DNA of 55,179 nt, filler included, from Sphacelaria rigidula (taxonomy: Eukaryota): the NCBI GenBank assembly GCA_964200075.2. It is 6 parts of 6 records of this genome, joined end to end, with 100 filler letters (N's around TTAATTAATTAA, not from the genome) between each part and the next. Parts side by side here need not be neighbours in the genome. Positions count along the whole stretch, not along the records: positions 36,856 to 45,967 come from CAXNAA020009273.1; positions 46,068 to 55,179 come from CAXNAA020009274.1; 4 more parts are not named here. One strand, written 5' to 3'. Position 1 is the stretch's first letter. The number at the start of each line of letters is the position of its first letter. Below the pieces are notes generated by a model. That model worked only from the letters and a program-made list of their open reading frames with translations. It did not search any database and was not told the DNA's origin. A program made the translations under genes and the position numbers. Of the stretch, positions 38,905 to 53,000 are shown one piece after another.

Positions 38905-40800
38905 TAGACAGGGCTGACCCGGGGAATTATGGAGCGATAATGCAACTGAGCACGGTAGGAAAACATTCTCGAAGATTCTGAACGATGTAGTTGTAACGAT
39001 GCTAGAGAAGGAAAAGAAAATCAGCGGAGGGCAAACAGGTTTTAGACAGAAACGTAGCTACGTGGACCATGTATACACGTGAGGGAAGATTACTTAAGGC
39101 GGGAAAGACGCCGTGCTAACAATCTACTCCTTTTTTCTGAACGTACAAAAAGCTGGTGAAAGTATGGAGAGAATGGGCTGTAGACAAAGATGTAGGAAGC
39201 TGGGATCAGAGGAAAGATGTGGAGAAATTGTGAAGATGACATAATGTGCCAAAAGTGCTATGATCCTAGACGGGGAAATATCGGAATATTGTGATATCTT
39301 CAAAGGAGTTGCACAAGGATGTACGTCATCTCCCACTCTATTCAACGTATTTAGTAGTGCTCTGATAATCGCAATAATAGAAGCAGCAAAGCAAGGAGTC
39401 AAGCTGGCAGAAGATATGGTATCAGGATTGATGCTTGCGGATGATTTTGTGGGGATTTCAGGAACACCGCAAGAATTGCAGGAACAAATCGACAAGGCAC
39501 TAGAATACACTAGGAAATGAACAATGATTCTAGAATAGAAAAAGCGGCACTCGTCTGCAACGAAGATAAGAAATATCCGGTGGTGTGCAAATGGAAGTGG
39601 GGAGAAGAGGAAGTGCCGATCGTAGATCAGTATACATACCTTGGCGTAGAGATGTAAACAAACAAACTATTCGTGGGATGTACACATGAACAAAGAAAGA
39701 GAACAGGGCAAGGCACAGATGGGCAGGATGGACGTGATCCTCGGAGACTCTCACCTAAATACCAGGATCAAGATATGTATCCTAAAGAAGGTGATTGTAC
39801 CAAAGCTGAAATATGCAGGAGAAGTATGGGCGGGGAACGGGAAGTTGGTAAAGAAGCTGGAAGCAATGTAGATGACAGCAGCTGATAAATACGTTGGTGC
39901 TCGAACTCGAAAACGACGAGTAATACAGCTTTGAGAGCATAGCTGGGAAGGTACCGAATTGAAACAAAGTAGATGATGAGGAACTTGAGATTGCAATATG
40001 GCGTAAAGAACATGCTAAGAAAGAGATTACCAGCTATAGTTGACGAGGCTGTAGAAAAGAAAATGAAAGGGTAGGCTGGGATAAGGTGGAATAGAGAAGT
40101 CGAGAAAGTATGGAAGGAGATATAATGAGAGGAAACCAAGACGAAATACTGTCTATGGGCGAAGGCGCGGGGTCAAGACAATAGTAAGAGACATGATGAA
40201 AATAAGGGGGGAAAGGCGCTCAGACGCAAAGTAGACGGGAAAGAACACCTGAAGATATACGGGGGGGTTGGTAGAGGGGGTAGGGATGAAAACATATCTG
40301 CATGACCTAATGGGTTTCGAAAAAAGAGGAACTGCGATTTTCCGGTGGGGGACCTGGACCTGCCGGAAATAAGAAAGAGCTTCACCAGTAGTCGAGAGGA
40401 GGAGAAGTAGCAAGTAGATGCACATAATTGCCCCTGTGGCAAAGCAGTAGAGGTTGGAATCCATGCAGTTGCAAAACGTGAACTATACCAGGAGGAACGG
40501 GACGTGCCAGAGGGGGAAATGCGGGACGTGGACGAAGATGGCATGGAATCGTTCGATGCATAAGACGGTAGCGAGAAAAGGTTGGCTTTACTAGGGGATA
40601 GATGGTGGCCACAGACGGCGAAACATGACGGGGATAAGATACGAACAAGGTTTTTGTGTGGTGTACGGAAGAAACGTAATGAGCACCGAAATGTTGGAGG
40701 TGTCTGTACTAGGAGTAGAAACGGTGCTCCGTCTCGAAAGGGATGCGTGACCAACGGTCAAACGACTAAGGCAAGCAAAAAATGTGTACGCCCCCATCCC
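38905..40800 (+). mobile_element. 5'-truncated degenerate LINE (non-LTR retrotransposon), RT to 3' end
   Basis: DPGNY...LSTVGK, QTGFR, GVAQGCTSSPTLFNVF, GLMLADDFVGI, YTYLGV, VPKLKYAGEVW; many stops. Confidence 0.92.
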
Positions 40801-41619
40801 CATCGGAGTAGAATTGTGTTGTTGTAGCAGTCATATGCACAGATCGGACTTTGGTTTTTCCTCATGGTCCCTTTTTTTGTCTCTTGTCTCAAAGTTTTTC
40901 CCGGCTACTCTCTCCCGCGTGATATGGTGAATAAGTTAATCTTTCAAGCAAACCAATAGGGTGAGTTGAAGGAAGATGGTCCGTGGGGCAGGGTCATGGT
41001 CTTGAGTGTGGTTTGCGAGCAGAGGTGGGGAGTGGTCATGGTTCTGCCGGCCTCAGTTTGAAAAAGAGCGCCGTCTCCCCCGGCCCCAACCATCCCTTCC
41101 CTCATCCCCCGTGACGCTGTCCTTGTGTGTGTCAACGAAACACACCCTGGAATCTATTGTCTATTGCAATAGGCGCAATAGTCAACACTGTACGCAGTAC
41201 AATTTTCGACTGTGTATTCTTTTGTCCAGGGTATGCAACGAAACAAGAGGTGATACTCGTCAAATCAACTCGGTTTCAGCGTGGAAATGCTGCTGTGAAA
41301 ATTACATACATACACATATATATACGTTTGTATATGGATATGCAATATCACAGTCAACCCCCCCCCCCCCCCAAAATGGTGCAATGTACTTGAAATGAAC
41401 GCAGGCTCTGTGCTCCAGGTGGGAAGCACGCGCTGATCCAGGCGTGCAAGTGCCCCACGCAAGAAGACTCGGAAGTTATTGTGAAGTGTTTGTTGGAGAA
41501 AGATTGGCGCTTGGCTCTCACGCCGGATGTGGAGGAGGGGATACTGGCAGCGCATGCGGCGGCCTCGAGTGGGTATCCTAGGGTTCTGGTGAGGGGAGGA
41601 GAGAGCGGGTGGATGGAGT

Positions 41620-43020
41620 GGGGGAGGAGGGCGTATTCCTTTGTTGCTTACCTTTATCGTTCGACCGTTGGCCACACATCCCTTTCGAGACGGAGCACCG
41701 TTCCTACTCCTAATAGAGAAACCTCCAATATTTGGATGCTCACTACGTTTCTTCCATACACTACACAAGACCCTCCACATATCTTATCCCATGTTTCGCC
41801 GTCTGCGTACCGACTTCCCGTTCCCTCCCATACTTCTCCTGCATATTTCAGCTTTGGTACAATCACGTGCATCAGGATACATATCTTGATCCTAGTATCT
41901 AGGTTCGAGTCTCTGAGGATCACGTCCATCCTGCCCATCTGTACCTCGCCCTGTTCTATTCCTTTGTTAATGTGTGCATCCCACGAATATTGTGTTGGTT
42001 CAGATATCTACGCCAAGGTATGTATACTGGACTACGATCGGCACTTCCTCTTCTCCCCACTTCCATTTGAACACCACCGGATATTTCTTGTGTTCGTTAC
42101 AGACGAATACCGCCCATTCGTTACCGTTCGCTGTCATTGTCCATTTCTCAGAGTATTCTAGCGCCTTGTCCATTTGTTCCTGCGATCCTTCTGGTATTTC
42201 TGAAATCCCCACCAAACCATCCGCCAGCGTGACTCCTTGCTTTGCTGCTTCCATTTCTAATATCAAGTCATTATTAAATACCTTGAATAGAGTGGGTGAT
42301 AACGTATATCTTTGTGCAACTCCTTGTAAGATATCAAAATATTTCGATTCTTCCCCGTCTAGCATCATAACACTCTTGGCACATTCTGTCATTTTCTTCA
42401 CCCCTCTCTACACTTTTTCTGTGATCCCAGTTCCCCACATCTTTGTCCACAGCCCATTTCTCTCTATTTCTTCATACCCATTTCCCCCATACCGTGTCAA
42501 CACGTCCAGAAAGAAACAACACGTTATTAGCCTGGCGTATTTCCTACCTTGAATAATCTTACCTAGTGCGTACACATGGTCTACGCAGTTACGGTTTGGT
42601 CTGGAACCTACTTGTCCCTCGCTGATTTTCCCTTGCTTTTCTAGCATCGTTCGTACTCTATCGTTCAGAATCTTCAAGAATATTTTCCCTACAGTGCTCA
42701 GTAGCGTTGTCGCTATATAATTCCCTGGGTCAGCCTTGTCTCCTTTTCTGAAAAGGTAAGTACTCCTTCTCTCGATCTCTTGGCTATGTGTTCGTTTTCT
42801 CAGATCCAGCTATGCAGCATAACCACCATGGTAACCATTTTCTCTCTCCCTTACTCTGAAAATTCACCCAATATCTCGTCTGCCCCTGCTGCCTTCCTGC
42901 TCTTGACTTCACTTACACACTCTTTCACGTCATGTCTGGTGAATTCTCCTTCCTCCTGTATGACACCTTTACATTTGCCTCTGCCCACGCGTCGATTTCT
43001 TTTTCGAATTCCGTTTTGAA
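41620..43020 (-). mobile_element. Second degenerate LINE of the same family, internally deleted, opposite orientation
   Basis: KILNDR...QVGSRPNRNCVDHVY, GVAQRYTLSPTLFKVF, YTYLGVDI, VPKLKYAGEVW; shares the 3' motif CCGTCTCGAAAGGGATG. Confidence 0.92.
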
Positions 43021-44473
43021 CTTCGTGTTAGTGTTCGGTGTTCCTGGTTCACGCTAGTGCTCGACTATTGCAGCACTTGTCTCTCCCCCTTCGAACTACT
43101 AACCATTTTACCGGTGGATGGAGGGGGGGAGGGAGGGGTGTGTTCTCATGATCATGCATGCCATGACTATGAGACCATTGACCTCGCATCCCTTTGAAGC
43201 CGGGACGGTGCACGCCGGGTTTCGTCGAGCTAGGCTCACACTCAATCACCAAGCGCGAAGCGCCGTGGTGTGTGCGGCGAGTCGCATGAAGGGGGGGGGG
43301 GGGGGGGGGGGGGGCGCTTTTGTGTTTGGCCTCCTTTTTTTTTTTTGTTCCGGGGTTCCCCCCCCAGGCGGGGGCCCCCTCCCCCCCCCTCCNNNNNNNN
43401 NNGGTCACGGGTGGGGGGGGGGGGGGGGGCGGGGCGGGGGGGGGGGGCCGTTGGGCGGGGGGGGGCGCGCGCTTCTCATCTGTTGCTTGCCTCACTTATT
43501 TTGTCATTGACCGGGCATCCCTTCCGAGACGGAGCACCGTTCCCACTCCTGACGGAGACACCTCCAACATTCGAAATCGCGTCTTTTACATACATGACAT
43601 AAGAACCTTTTTCATGTTTCATTGTGGAAGGAGCGTCGGGAAAAAATACAATGGACGCCTACATGTCGATAGTAGGACGCATGCACGACTAGCCGCTTAC
43701 CAAGAGACTCTAAAATGAACGCCAGGCCCAACACGCAACNNNNNNNNNNCCCCCCCTTCCCCCCCCCCCCCCCCCCCCCGCCCGATAGAGAGGGGCACGC
43801 AACACACCCCCCCCCCCCCCCCCCCCCCCCCTCCCCCCAATAAAGATATAATATTCGGCCTCTGTCCACGGTGTAGTCCCACAGTTATGCGATGATCTTT
43901 CCCATTTTTTTGCTCGTCCCGCCCCGTGCTTTCTATCGGCATTTCCCCGTGCACGATAATGATATGGCCCAAGTACGACGGTAGTGAAGCAAACCGCGGT
44001 TCAAGGGGGTTGGTGAAGTCACAATAGCGCAAGGATAAAATCGGGTAGGGTACGTACTTTGGAATACTCGGGTGGAATACCCGGACATTTAGTTCACCCA
44101 AGTGTTGGGTAGAGTGGGTGCGGCCTCCAAAACTCCATCCACAAATGTTGGTGGATTTGGTACAACCTCAAATACTTTACCCACCTTCCGGGTAGATCGG
44201 GTATGATCTCAATACTCTACCCATTCATTGGCTGAGCACTCTCAGTAATACCTCGTAACAGAATATCCTTTGGGTATGATGAGTAACCGTGACCGTCGGT
44301 GACTTTATGACGTCACTTCATAGCCCACCTTGGATATGTGAGTGAACGATGGCTACCAATGAGATGAGTGACGTCACATCACAGGCCACCATCAATATGA
44401 GCGAGCGGTTGCCATTAAAAAAAAAAGCGTGCAGTTGGATGAGCCCACCGCCCCCTCCTTGAGCTGTATACTT

Positions 44474-44849
44474 CAAGGGTAGGTACGGGTAGAGTATGTA
44501 CTTTTCAATACTCGGGTGAAAATCCGAGTATTTACTCCACCCAAGGTTTGGGTAGATTCGGCACGGCCCCACACACTCTACCCAATATTTGGGTCAATTG
44601 GGTACGACCTCAAATACTTTCCCCAAATTCGGGTAAGCCCTCTCAGCAAGTCCTGGGTATGGAGTATCACTTGGGAATGACCTCAGTAGTCCACCCTAAA
44701 CTCGAGTATGTTGGATACGATCTCTTATACTCTACCTGATTTTGGGTAGATGGGGTACGGTTTCAATACTCTATCCAAATGTTTGGGCACCGAGAGTATG
44801 ACTTTTTGAAAATATCGGGTATCGGGTATAACCTGCCCGACCTGCCCTT
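44474..44849. mobile_element. MITE-like element with AATACTCTACCCAA subrepeats; related partial copy at ~44040-44280
   Basis: AAGGGTAGGTACGGGTAG at the left end versus AAGGGCAGGTCGGGCAG (reverse complement of the right end). Confidence 0.6.
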
Positions 44850-45967
44850 GGAATGGTGTTCGTTTGATTTTATTTTTATTTGTCGCACTTCAACTGCTCC
44901 CGCAGGAACCCAGCCGTTTCACATGATGGACGTAACCGAGACACAAACAAAGCTGACACAATTGCTGAAGAGAAATAGAAGAACAAAAAATGAAGAGAAA
45001 AAATAGAGCAGATCAACTAAGTAAACTGAGAAAATAAAAACAGAAAGGGGAAGAAAACAACAGACAAAAGAAAGGAAGAGAAAGAAATCAGAAATAGCCG
45101 GTCTTTGCCACCTGGCTTTGATGGAAATAATGTGTTGCACAGAAATCACACACATACCCGATCGAAGAAAAAAATGGAAACAAATAGCGGCCCATCCACT
45201 ACGCCTTGACTTTTTTGGGGTATGAAGCTCTCATCCATGAACCCCACGGAAGCGAGGCACCAAGCTGCTCTTGCATACACCGGCAGGAAAGCGTACATAC
45301 ATGAGAGAGAAAGATGGGGAGAGAAGGGGGAAACGAAAAAGGAGTTCCAGATTGGTTTTTGACTGGCATTTTAACTGACCACCCGTGGGTCCAGCCGTGG
45401 TCGCATGATGGACGTACCCAAGAAAAAGCAAAACTGAAAACACTCGCTCGAACAGAAGGGGCGGAAAACCTGAAGGAAACATGACCGCAGGGCAGGTACA
45501 AGCACACACGGGAAAAACCGCATAACCACCGACCGAGGACAGAATCAACAACCGATCGGATAGACAGAGACTCCCGATTGACGACTCTTGATGCAGCAGC
45601 CTCCTGTTTGTGACGACCGTTTGTACGGGAAGATAACTAACCCCCCGCTTCCCCCCCCTCTGTCACGCACTCGTACATATTGATTGATTGGTTTGCCCCA
45701 CAGGAGATACTGTTGAATGTCGAGCCAACAAACGGTGAAAGCCACCCAGGAGTCAAGAAGGAGCAGCTTACGTGGATGTCGTCACACGGACAAAGCCCTA
45801 TGCAGGTGATCCTTGACGTCGTGCAATGCGCGTGGCGATTAGTCTCCATTTTGTGGTGAATGTTTTAACCCCCCCTCTCCCCCCCTCCCCCCCACTTCCT
45901 CCGTCTCGAAAGGGATGCGTGGTCAATGGTCAAACGACTAAGGCAAACAACAAATGAGTACGCCCCC

Positions 45968-46067
45968 NNNNNNNNNNNNNNNNNNNNNNNNNNNNNNNNN
46001 NNNNNNNNNNNTTAATTAATTAANNNNNNNNNNNNNNNNNNNNNNNNNNNNNNNNNNNNNNNNNNNN
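45968..46067. other. Artificial contig linker
   Basis: Same 100-bp linker. Confidence 0.97.
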
Positions 46068-46488
46068 GCTTTGTAGGAATGCGAGGTCAATGGTCATATG
46101 ACTATGGTATGCATGATCATGAGTACACCCCCCCCGCCCCCGCCTCACTCACCCATTCCGTAAACCAAATTCGAAACTCCGGGGGATGATGTCTCCTCAT
46201 GAAATCCCGCCGGTTTGTTCAATGATGCCAGTTATGAGGCTGTGTGCAGCAGCATCGCGGTCGACTGGCGCGTTCAAGCCGCTTGGCGCAGTCAAGATGC
46301 ACATCAGTGAACCGCGGTTTTCCTGTTTAGATGTGGGGTAAGCCCTTCGATCGCAAGGGTGGGTCATGCGGGTCTTTCGCATGTACTCTTCAGGTGGAAA
46401 ATGATAGTAATGTAATCATTTCAAGACAATACAATATGGAATCTTTTCCCACACTTTGAGTGCTTGCGTACTTCACCGTCAGGTACAA

Positions 46489-46689
46489 GTGTAATGCGTG
46501 AGGGGACCGCGTGCCTAGAGGACCGCATCGGAATTTGAACATCCCTATGGTCAGGGTTGGGGTTGGGGTCAAGGTCAGGGGCGTGGTCTCTTCAGAGACT
46601 GGCTCGATTGGTTTCGATAAAACTCGTCCCTGGGGTGTTTCGAACTTCGATGGGGTCCTCTAAGCACGCGGTCCTCTCACGCATGACAC
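46489..46689. mobile_element. ~200-bp MITE with ~36-bp TIRs
   Basis: GTGTAATGCGTGAGGGGACCGCGTGCCTAGAGGACC ... GGTCCTCTAAGCACGCGGTCCTCTCACGCATGACAC. Confidence 0.85.
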
Positions 46690-47005
46690 GAGTGTAGCTA
46701 AAACCGATATGCAGTATTACACGCGTGTGCACCTGAGGACCTACCTCGCAGAGTGTAAAATAAATGCCGGCGCGTTATCCATCGCGGGCCTGGAGACAGT
46801 TGTGTAATGATGGGCATTAGAGGATAACGTCGGCGGAAGTAAGAAATTCGGAGGGAAAAAGTTCTGCGATCAAAAACGGATGTTTGAGAAATCAGGTATA
46901 AGTCGTCTCGATAAGATTCCGTGACCCGGACGCCCCACCGCGCTTACCCGCTCGTCGATGACAACCACAGACCCTACTTCTACACGGCGTCAGAGGTCAG
47001 CAACA

Positions 47006-50000
47006 ATGAAGTTGTCACCCAGGACTGTCTTGCTGACAACGATGCTCACGGCGGGCGCTACGGCGCTGTTCACGTTTGAAGCCGTCTCTATTGATGGCCC
47101 TATCGATGAGGTCACGGCGCTCGAGGAAGGGGACTCCCTGTCGACTGGTGACCCAACAATCAACCCTTGACTTTTATGGCGCGTACGGTCCACCGTGGCG
47201 TGATCCCATGATAGGATCGAGTGGTTGACGGTCTGTTTACGTTTTTTTCCGTCAAGTGGTTGATATCGAAACACTTTGGGAGGTGCTGCTTGCCGAACCG
47301 CGCGTGAGGACAGATTGTGCAGTGATTTTTATTTCTGCTATCTTCTTTTCCTTGTTTTTCTTTTCTTTTCTTAGTTTACTCTATTGGTCTGCTCTGTGCC
47401 TTTCCTGTTTTTCGAGACGTTTTTGTTTTCTTCAGCGAGTGCCTCAGCTTCGTTGTGTCTCGGCTACGTCTATTATGTGAACATGGCTGAATCTCTGGGG
47501 GGTCAGTTAACGTGCCACAATCGATCAATCGATCAACCAACTAGCAGACTAGAGGCGACTAGCTCGCTCAGGGAATACGCTCATGACCAGGAAGTTGGAG
47601 CTCTGGGTAAACATGTTGCGTATACTTGTTCGTTCAATTTCCTTCAATTTGAACCAATACATATCCTAAGCGTTAGCTTACCACTGACTTAACACATGCA
47701 TGTATCGGTTCCTATCTGTTTCGTCATGCCGTCGATACACGAATACCGCCAAGCCTTCAAGTGAGCGCATTGCCCGTGAGAAAGCTGGTAAATGTCCCCG
47801 GCCGTCGCAATGCTGTGTGTCGTGTAGCATCTCGTACCACCAGAGGATTTGTCAAGTGTCGAAGCTCTCATCATGAAGTTCCGTGTTTTCCACTGTGCAG
47901 CGCGGACGGGACTAAATGCACGCTCGATTCAAGAATACACACGTTCTTGATGTCGACTGGGAAACGCTACGACGAGATTGCTTCGAAATGCCTTAGACAT
48001 CTCGTGTCGCGACATTTTACATCTACTTCAGTGTGCCGCGTCGGAACAAAACGCTCCACCTTTCCGCCCTCTTCGCAGTCGGCCCAATCCTTCAGTTGGC
48101 GGGACTGGACTGCGACGCGCTCGAATTGGCGGCAGACGCTGCCTTTCTTGAGATCCCTCTCAGCTTTACGGAGGTGTGTTTCCTAGGCGATGGTGTGTAC
48201 CGATATTCACATTCCGAACGTTCCACAAAATCGTTCCTATGACCCGTCCATTTAAAAATGATAATATCCAAATACATCCTTCTCCCGCGTCTTGCAGTGA
48301 TGAAGCGCTCGAAACTGACCCTTACTTGGGGAAGCCATGAACGCACAAGCCGGAACAATCACTATAGCGGAGCAGAACGTTGTGCACGAAACAGCCACTT
48401 GAATACAACGCCACAGTCATTTCCGTGTTTTCAGGGAAGGCAACCGAGGGCCGTCCTTAGCGATGGTGGGAGTATGCAAACGTTCGAAATCATAAACGCT
48501 CCACGAACTTTACACAACGCTTGGACCCACCTTGGTTTGCGCAGCCTCCGCAGAATGATCGTGGAACACCCCCGGGTTCGCGCAAGTGTTCGAAGTATGT
48601 TGAACACATGTTCTCGATGTTTCCGCGAAGTTTAGAACAACGGAAACGGGAGCGGATACTTCGACGTTACAGTGAAATCAAGGGGGAAATATGGACACTA
48701 TTGTAGTTCCGTCTGTGCCAAGAGTGGACGTGATGGCGGAACTTGGAGAACCTTACTTCTCAACTATCAATTCGTTCATCACGTTTTTGGCAAATGCACT
48801 TGCGGGTTTAACGTCAGCTGCATTCTTCATGTCTGGCCGTCTCATTCTCCCTTCTTGACCTTGGCTGTGCTGTACCCTGATACATCTTGCAGACCATCAC
48901 GGCGGACAAGGTGTCGTTCGAGACGCAGGACGGCTCTCACTTCGCAGACCTTCTGGCACGCTTTGTAAGAAATTCATATTGAATGTTTCACGGCATGTAG
49001 TTTTACATAACCTACTACAGGAAAATACACGTCGTGTGCGAGGTGAATGGCATTTGCCAGGTACCCTGTGCGTTCTCTTCCCGGGGTTATCGCACAAATA
49101 TACAATGCCCATTTAGTGGAATGAAAAATCGGTAACCCCATTATCCGCCTGAAGTCACACTTTGCCCACGCGAAACCTTGTCGAGACGTGATGCGTGTTC
49201 TGCTGTCTCCAGATCCACGGAAACCCGGTCGGTACGTACCACTACTGTAAGCGGTATGTCGTATTATGTTCGTAATGATCTACAATGGATCATGATACGA
49301 TGAACAGGCCATATGTGCCGAGACAGCGGCCTAGCCGAACGAGGTTGGCGTAACGGTCTCGTCCAGCCTCAGGATTCGCATCGGTGGGGCCATGATCACG
49401 GTTCGGGTTCGTTGGTGTTCACAGCTTTCTGTTCGTTGCCTTGAGTCTTCTGTGCCAAGCAACGGGTCGGATATGAAATCAATACCGTGCTCACTGCGCG
49501 TGTGTACCTCTTCGTATATCGCGACTGTTTAATCGTGCGCCATGTTTTTGCATGTTCTTTCGTACCTCCAGACCTGGCACGGAGTTGTATCCAGTCCTGC
49601 ACAAGGCGCCGACGAGCTAGCACCCCGCAAAGTCAGCGTGACATGGAGCGACCCTTGCGAGGCCGAGGTGAATCTTCTTCCTATCGTAGTTAGTCTGCTC
49701 CAGACTACCCGTGTTTTCGCAGTTCCCACTATCCTGTGTCGTTGGTGCTTCCCGCTTACTGCCAACGGTAAGTGCTTCTGTGTGATGATCACCGATAAGA
49801 GACCATCGCGCGTTGCATGTCTGCCCATAGCTAGTAGTTTTGGAACAGTACAACGGTTTGAGAGAGTGACGAATCCTCCCCGGAAATGTTTTCGCGCAAA
49901 TCGATATGTTTCCCCCGACATGCTTCTATTGCACCCATAGCACTTTGTCGTGGGTTAGTAGAGTAGACAAGTAGTACTTGGATCACCTTATATGATATAC

Positions 50001-53000
50001 GTGAGGGGGGGCGTACTCATTCGTTGCTTGCCTTATTTGTTTGACCATTGACCACGCATCCCTTTCGAGGTGGAGCAGGGGTGGGTAGGGAGGAGATTTT
50101 GAACCAAACCTTGCACGAACATGCCGCTTCAAACTGTCGTTGAAGGTAGCAAATATTCTTCGAACGTGCTTGGTATCAAGAAGCCACACTAACTCACATG
50201 GCTAACACTTAATTCACTAAAGTACAAGTGCACCATGGGTGTGTTAGGTCGTCTGTCACACCCATTGACGCCTGGGTTTTGTGCAAACCTCCCTCCCCCC
50301 CCCCTATCGCATTAGCACTCCAAAAGGGCCCACATCAGCGCTCGTTTTAATCGCCATCGACCTAGTATTCACCCGAGCCCCCCGCCTCTTATTTTTACGG
50401 GCGTAACACCTCCCTTTCGATTTTTTTCTCCAGGCCTTTGTGTTTACGGTAACTTCGTACAAGACAGACGGCAGTACCGTCGTGAACAAGTCCATCCCGT
50501 GCGACATCGGTGGTGTTTTCGACATCTGCTTGGTGGAGGTGAGGCTTCCTAGCATGTGTTAAATACTAGACCGGCAATCGACGAAGAATACGTTTTCTTT
50601 CCCGCGGAATATTTGTCGAGTATATGCCTCACGTAGGTAGGCCCACCTCTCTGAAATTCTTAACGGTAGATTCAGTCTCGGATACCGGGTTTTCGCGGAA
50701 CTCGCTGGAGAAACCTCATGACGCAGGGAGAACGAAAATGACGGTATCGAAGTTGTCTAGTTCAGTTGAGCGCCTACCGAGAAGGATTAGGCTGACAACT
50801 AAGACGGAATTTGAAAATGCCTGCCAACGACGACGTGCATGTTGAGCGAGTGTTGCTAGAAACCGCTATTCAGAAATCCTTGTATCAGTGCTGCCTATTT
50901 TTCGCAATCAAGTGTGCGGCCAACACCTGCAACGCTATTCCTTGTTCACCTCTCATGCGTTTCCCACAACGCCTACTCTCCTTCCCCGCTGACAACACAG
51001 GTTACCGTCGCGACCTTCTTGGAAGACAGCGAAGTGGTTCAGGAAGACGAGTCGATAATCACCCTGGATTCTGGATACACTCGCCGACTACGCTCGGCCC
51101 TGAACCGTAATCTGCACCCCACTCGCAACCTGCAGGAGGCAGAAGCGGCCAGCGTAAGCATTACGAATGATCTGCCGATTTGTGCTTGCAAATCATTCGT
51201 GGCTGTCACCACCGCCTCCCCGAATCCGGAACTGATGAAGTCGCTTGTGTGAACATGCGTGTATAGGTGGACGTGCTGTACCTGTACACGGAGGCTGCAC
51301 GGGTACAGATGGGTGGCATTAGCACAGCACAAATGATATCCATCATCTTCGGTGGCCTGGGTTCTACTAACGCGGCATTCATCAATTCGGACATCAATCT
51401 AACCTTCAACGTGGCACACATCGGCTTTGTAAGTACCAGCTACTTTTGAATATAGACAATATTAAGGAGCCAATCTCTATAGATTGATTGGTTGATTGGT
51501 GGCTTGATTGCTTGTCGGGCAATAGCTGATGCCCTAGGTAGGAACACAGCCGCCGTCACAAGATGGTTTTACACCGAGATAAACAAAAGCAGAAGCACTC
51601 GCTACGGGAAGCTCCGAAAAAGGGGGACAAGGAAGATGGAGGAAGAAAACGAATGCAGTAAACCTGAAGCATGATGAAGAGAAATTAAGCAAGGAGGAAT
51701 GGAGAAGAGGAAGGGAAGGAGAGGGAACGAAAGCACATATCGCCAAGATACATGGTATCGATCCCGCTGAGAAAAAAGAAGAAATGATCGCCGGCTCCAG
51801 GCCAGGAGACCGTCGAAGATCAAATGAAACAAAACGGGAGAAGACAAGAAGGCGGGTTGCACCTCAACTGCTCGAGAACCACCGCATTTGGATATGAACT
51901 CCCAACCGCGCGCTCTATCGGAGCGAGAGACAGACGCTCTACAAGGAGACGTTACTGCGAACATATCGGGGTCCTTACATGTAAAGCATATGGTAATGCG
52001 AGAAGGTGATCGCCCATTCCCTTGTCTAGATTTTTGGGGTACCGCCCTCGTGTTTCGTGTCACATGTCGTGCGACTTCGCGAACTCTCATTGTATGTCGA
52101 TGTCATCAGCTATTCTCTCTGATTGCTTTGCATAGTGCATTTCCGCATGGGTTCGAGACAGCCGTAGTTGAGCGACATGGAACAGTGCGTAGGGTCCAGG
52201 GGGAGTGATAAGTTATCGCGAGCAAGGTCGAGTTTACTCTGATTCCGCAACCATGGGTTGACTAAACTCTATTTCGGATCCGTTTTTTTATCACCATCGT
52301 TCATGTGTATCTTGTCTCCTTCCTGTTTCAACCATAACAGTCTCCCAGTACCGAAGACCCCAGCAGTGCAAGAGCCACCGTCATCGCCATTCGGGGGGAT
52401 GCCGACGTCGCAGAAATTCGCAGCTTTTACCAAGCCGACTTGGTGCAAGTCGTCGGCCACTTTGAAACGTCGTGCAGCGCTGCGTGAGTGTCAATCTGTG
52501 CTCTTTTCCCTACCGAAAACTCGACTTTCTCGATCACAACCTGACCACGAGATCTATCTTGATGAAAGAACACTTTCAATCGCGCACGCAATTGTAGTCA
52601 TTCAGTGGTGGTAGAAGTAGTCTTGTTCATCGTATTAGTTCAGCAGTAGTAAAAGGTATGAGCACGCCATGGAGCAGTGATGATACATTAACAGCATGGG
52701 TACCGTTCTTGGGAAGTTGGCTGGACCACGTCCTGCATGGTGCAGCTTTGTTGGAGTGAAGTGCACGTGCGCACCTTGTCCATACACTGTAATCAATTCA
52801 TACGGACTGTCCAAAAGCGAGCGCCCACAAAGCGGACGCGGCTGAGATATCTTAGCCGCACACATTCTAGCTCCAAATCGCACCGCCTGTGCTAGGTGCC
52901 TAGACCACGACCCTAGCCCTTTCTAAGCCTGGTCTTGGCCATGGGCACCGTTCGAACCCCAACAATCTCTTTTGTTTTGACAGGTTCGAATACGACGGAG

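Noticed and set aside
43280..43840. G/C homopolymer tracts as G-quadruplex elements or Pro/Gly-rich ORFs
   Set aside because: Adjacent to internal Ns; likely low-quality sequence over simple repeats.
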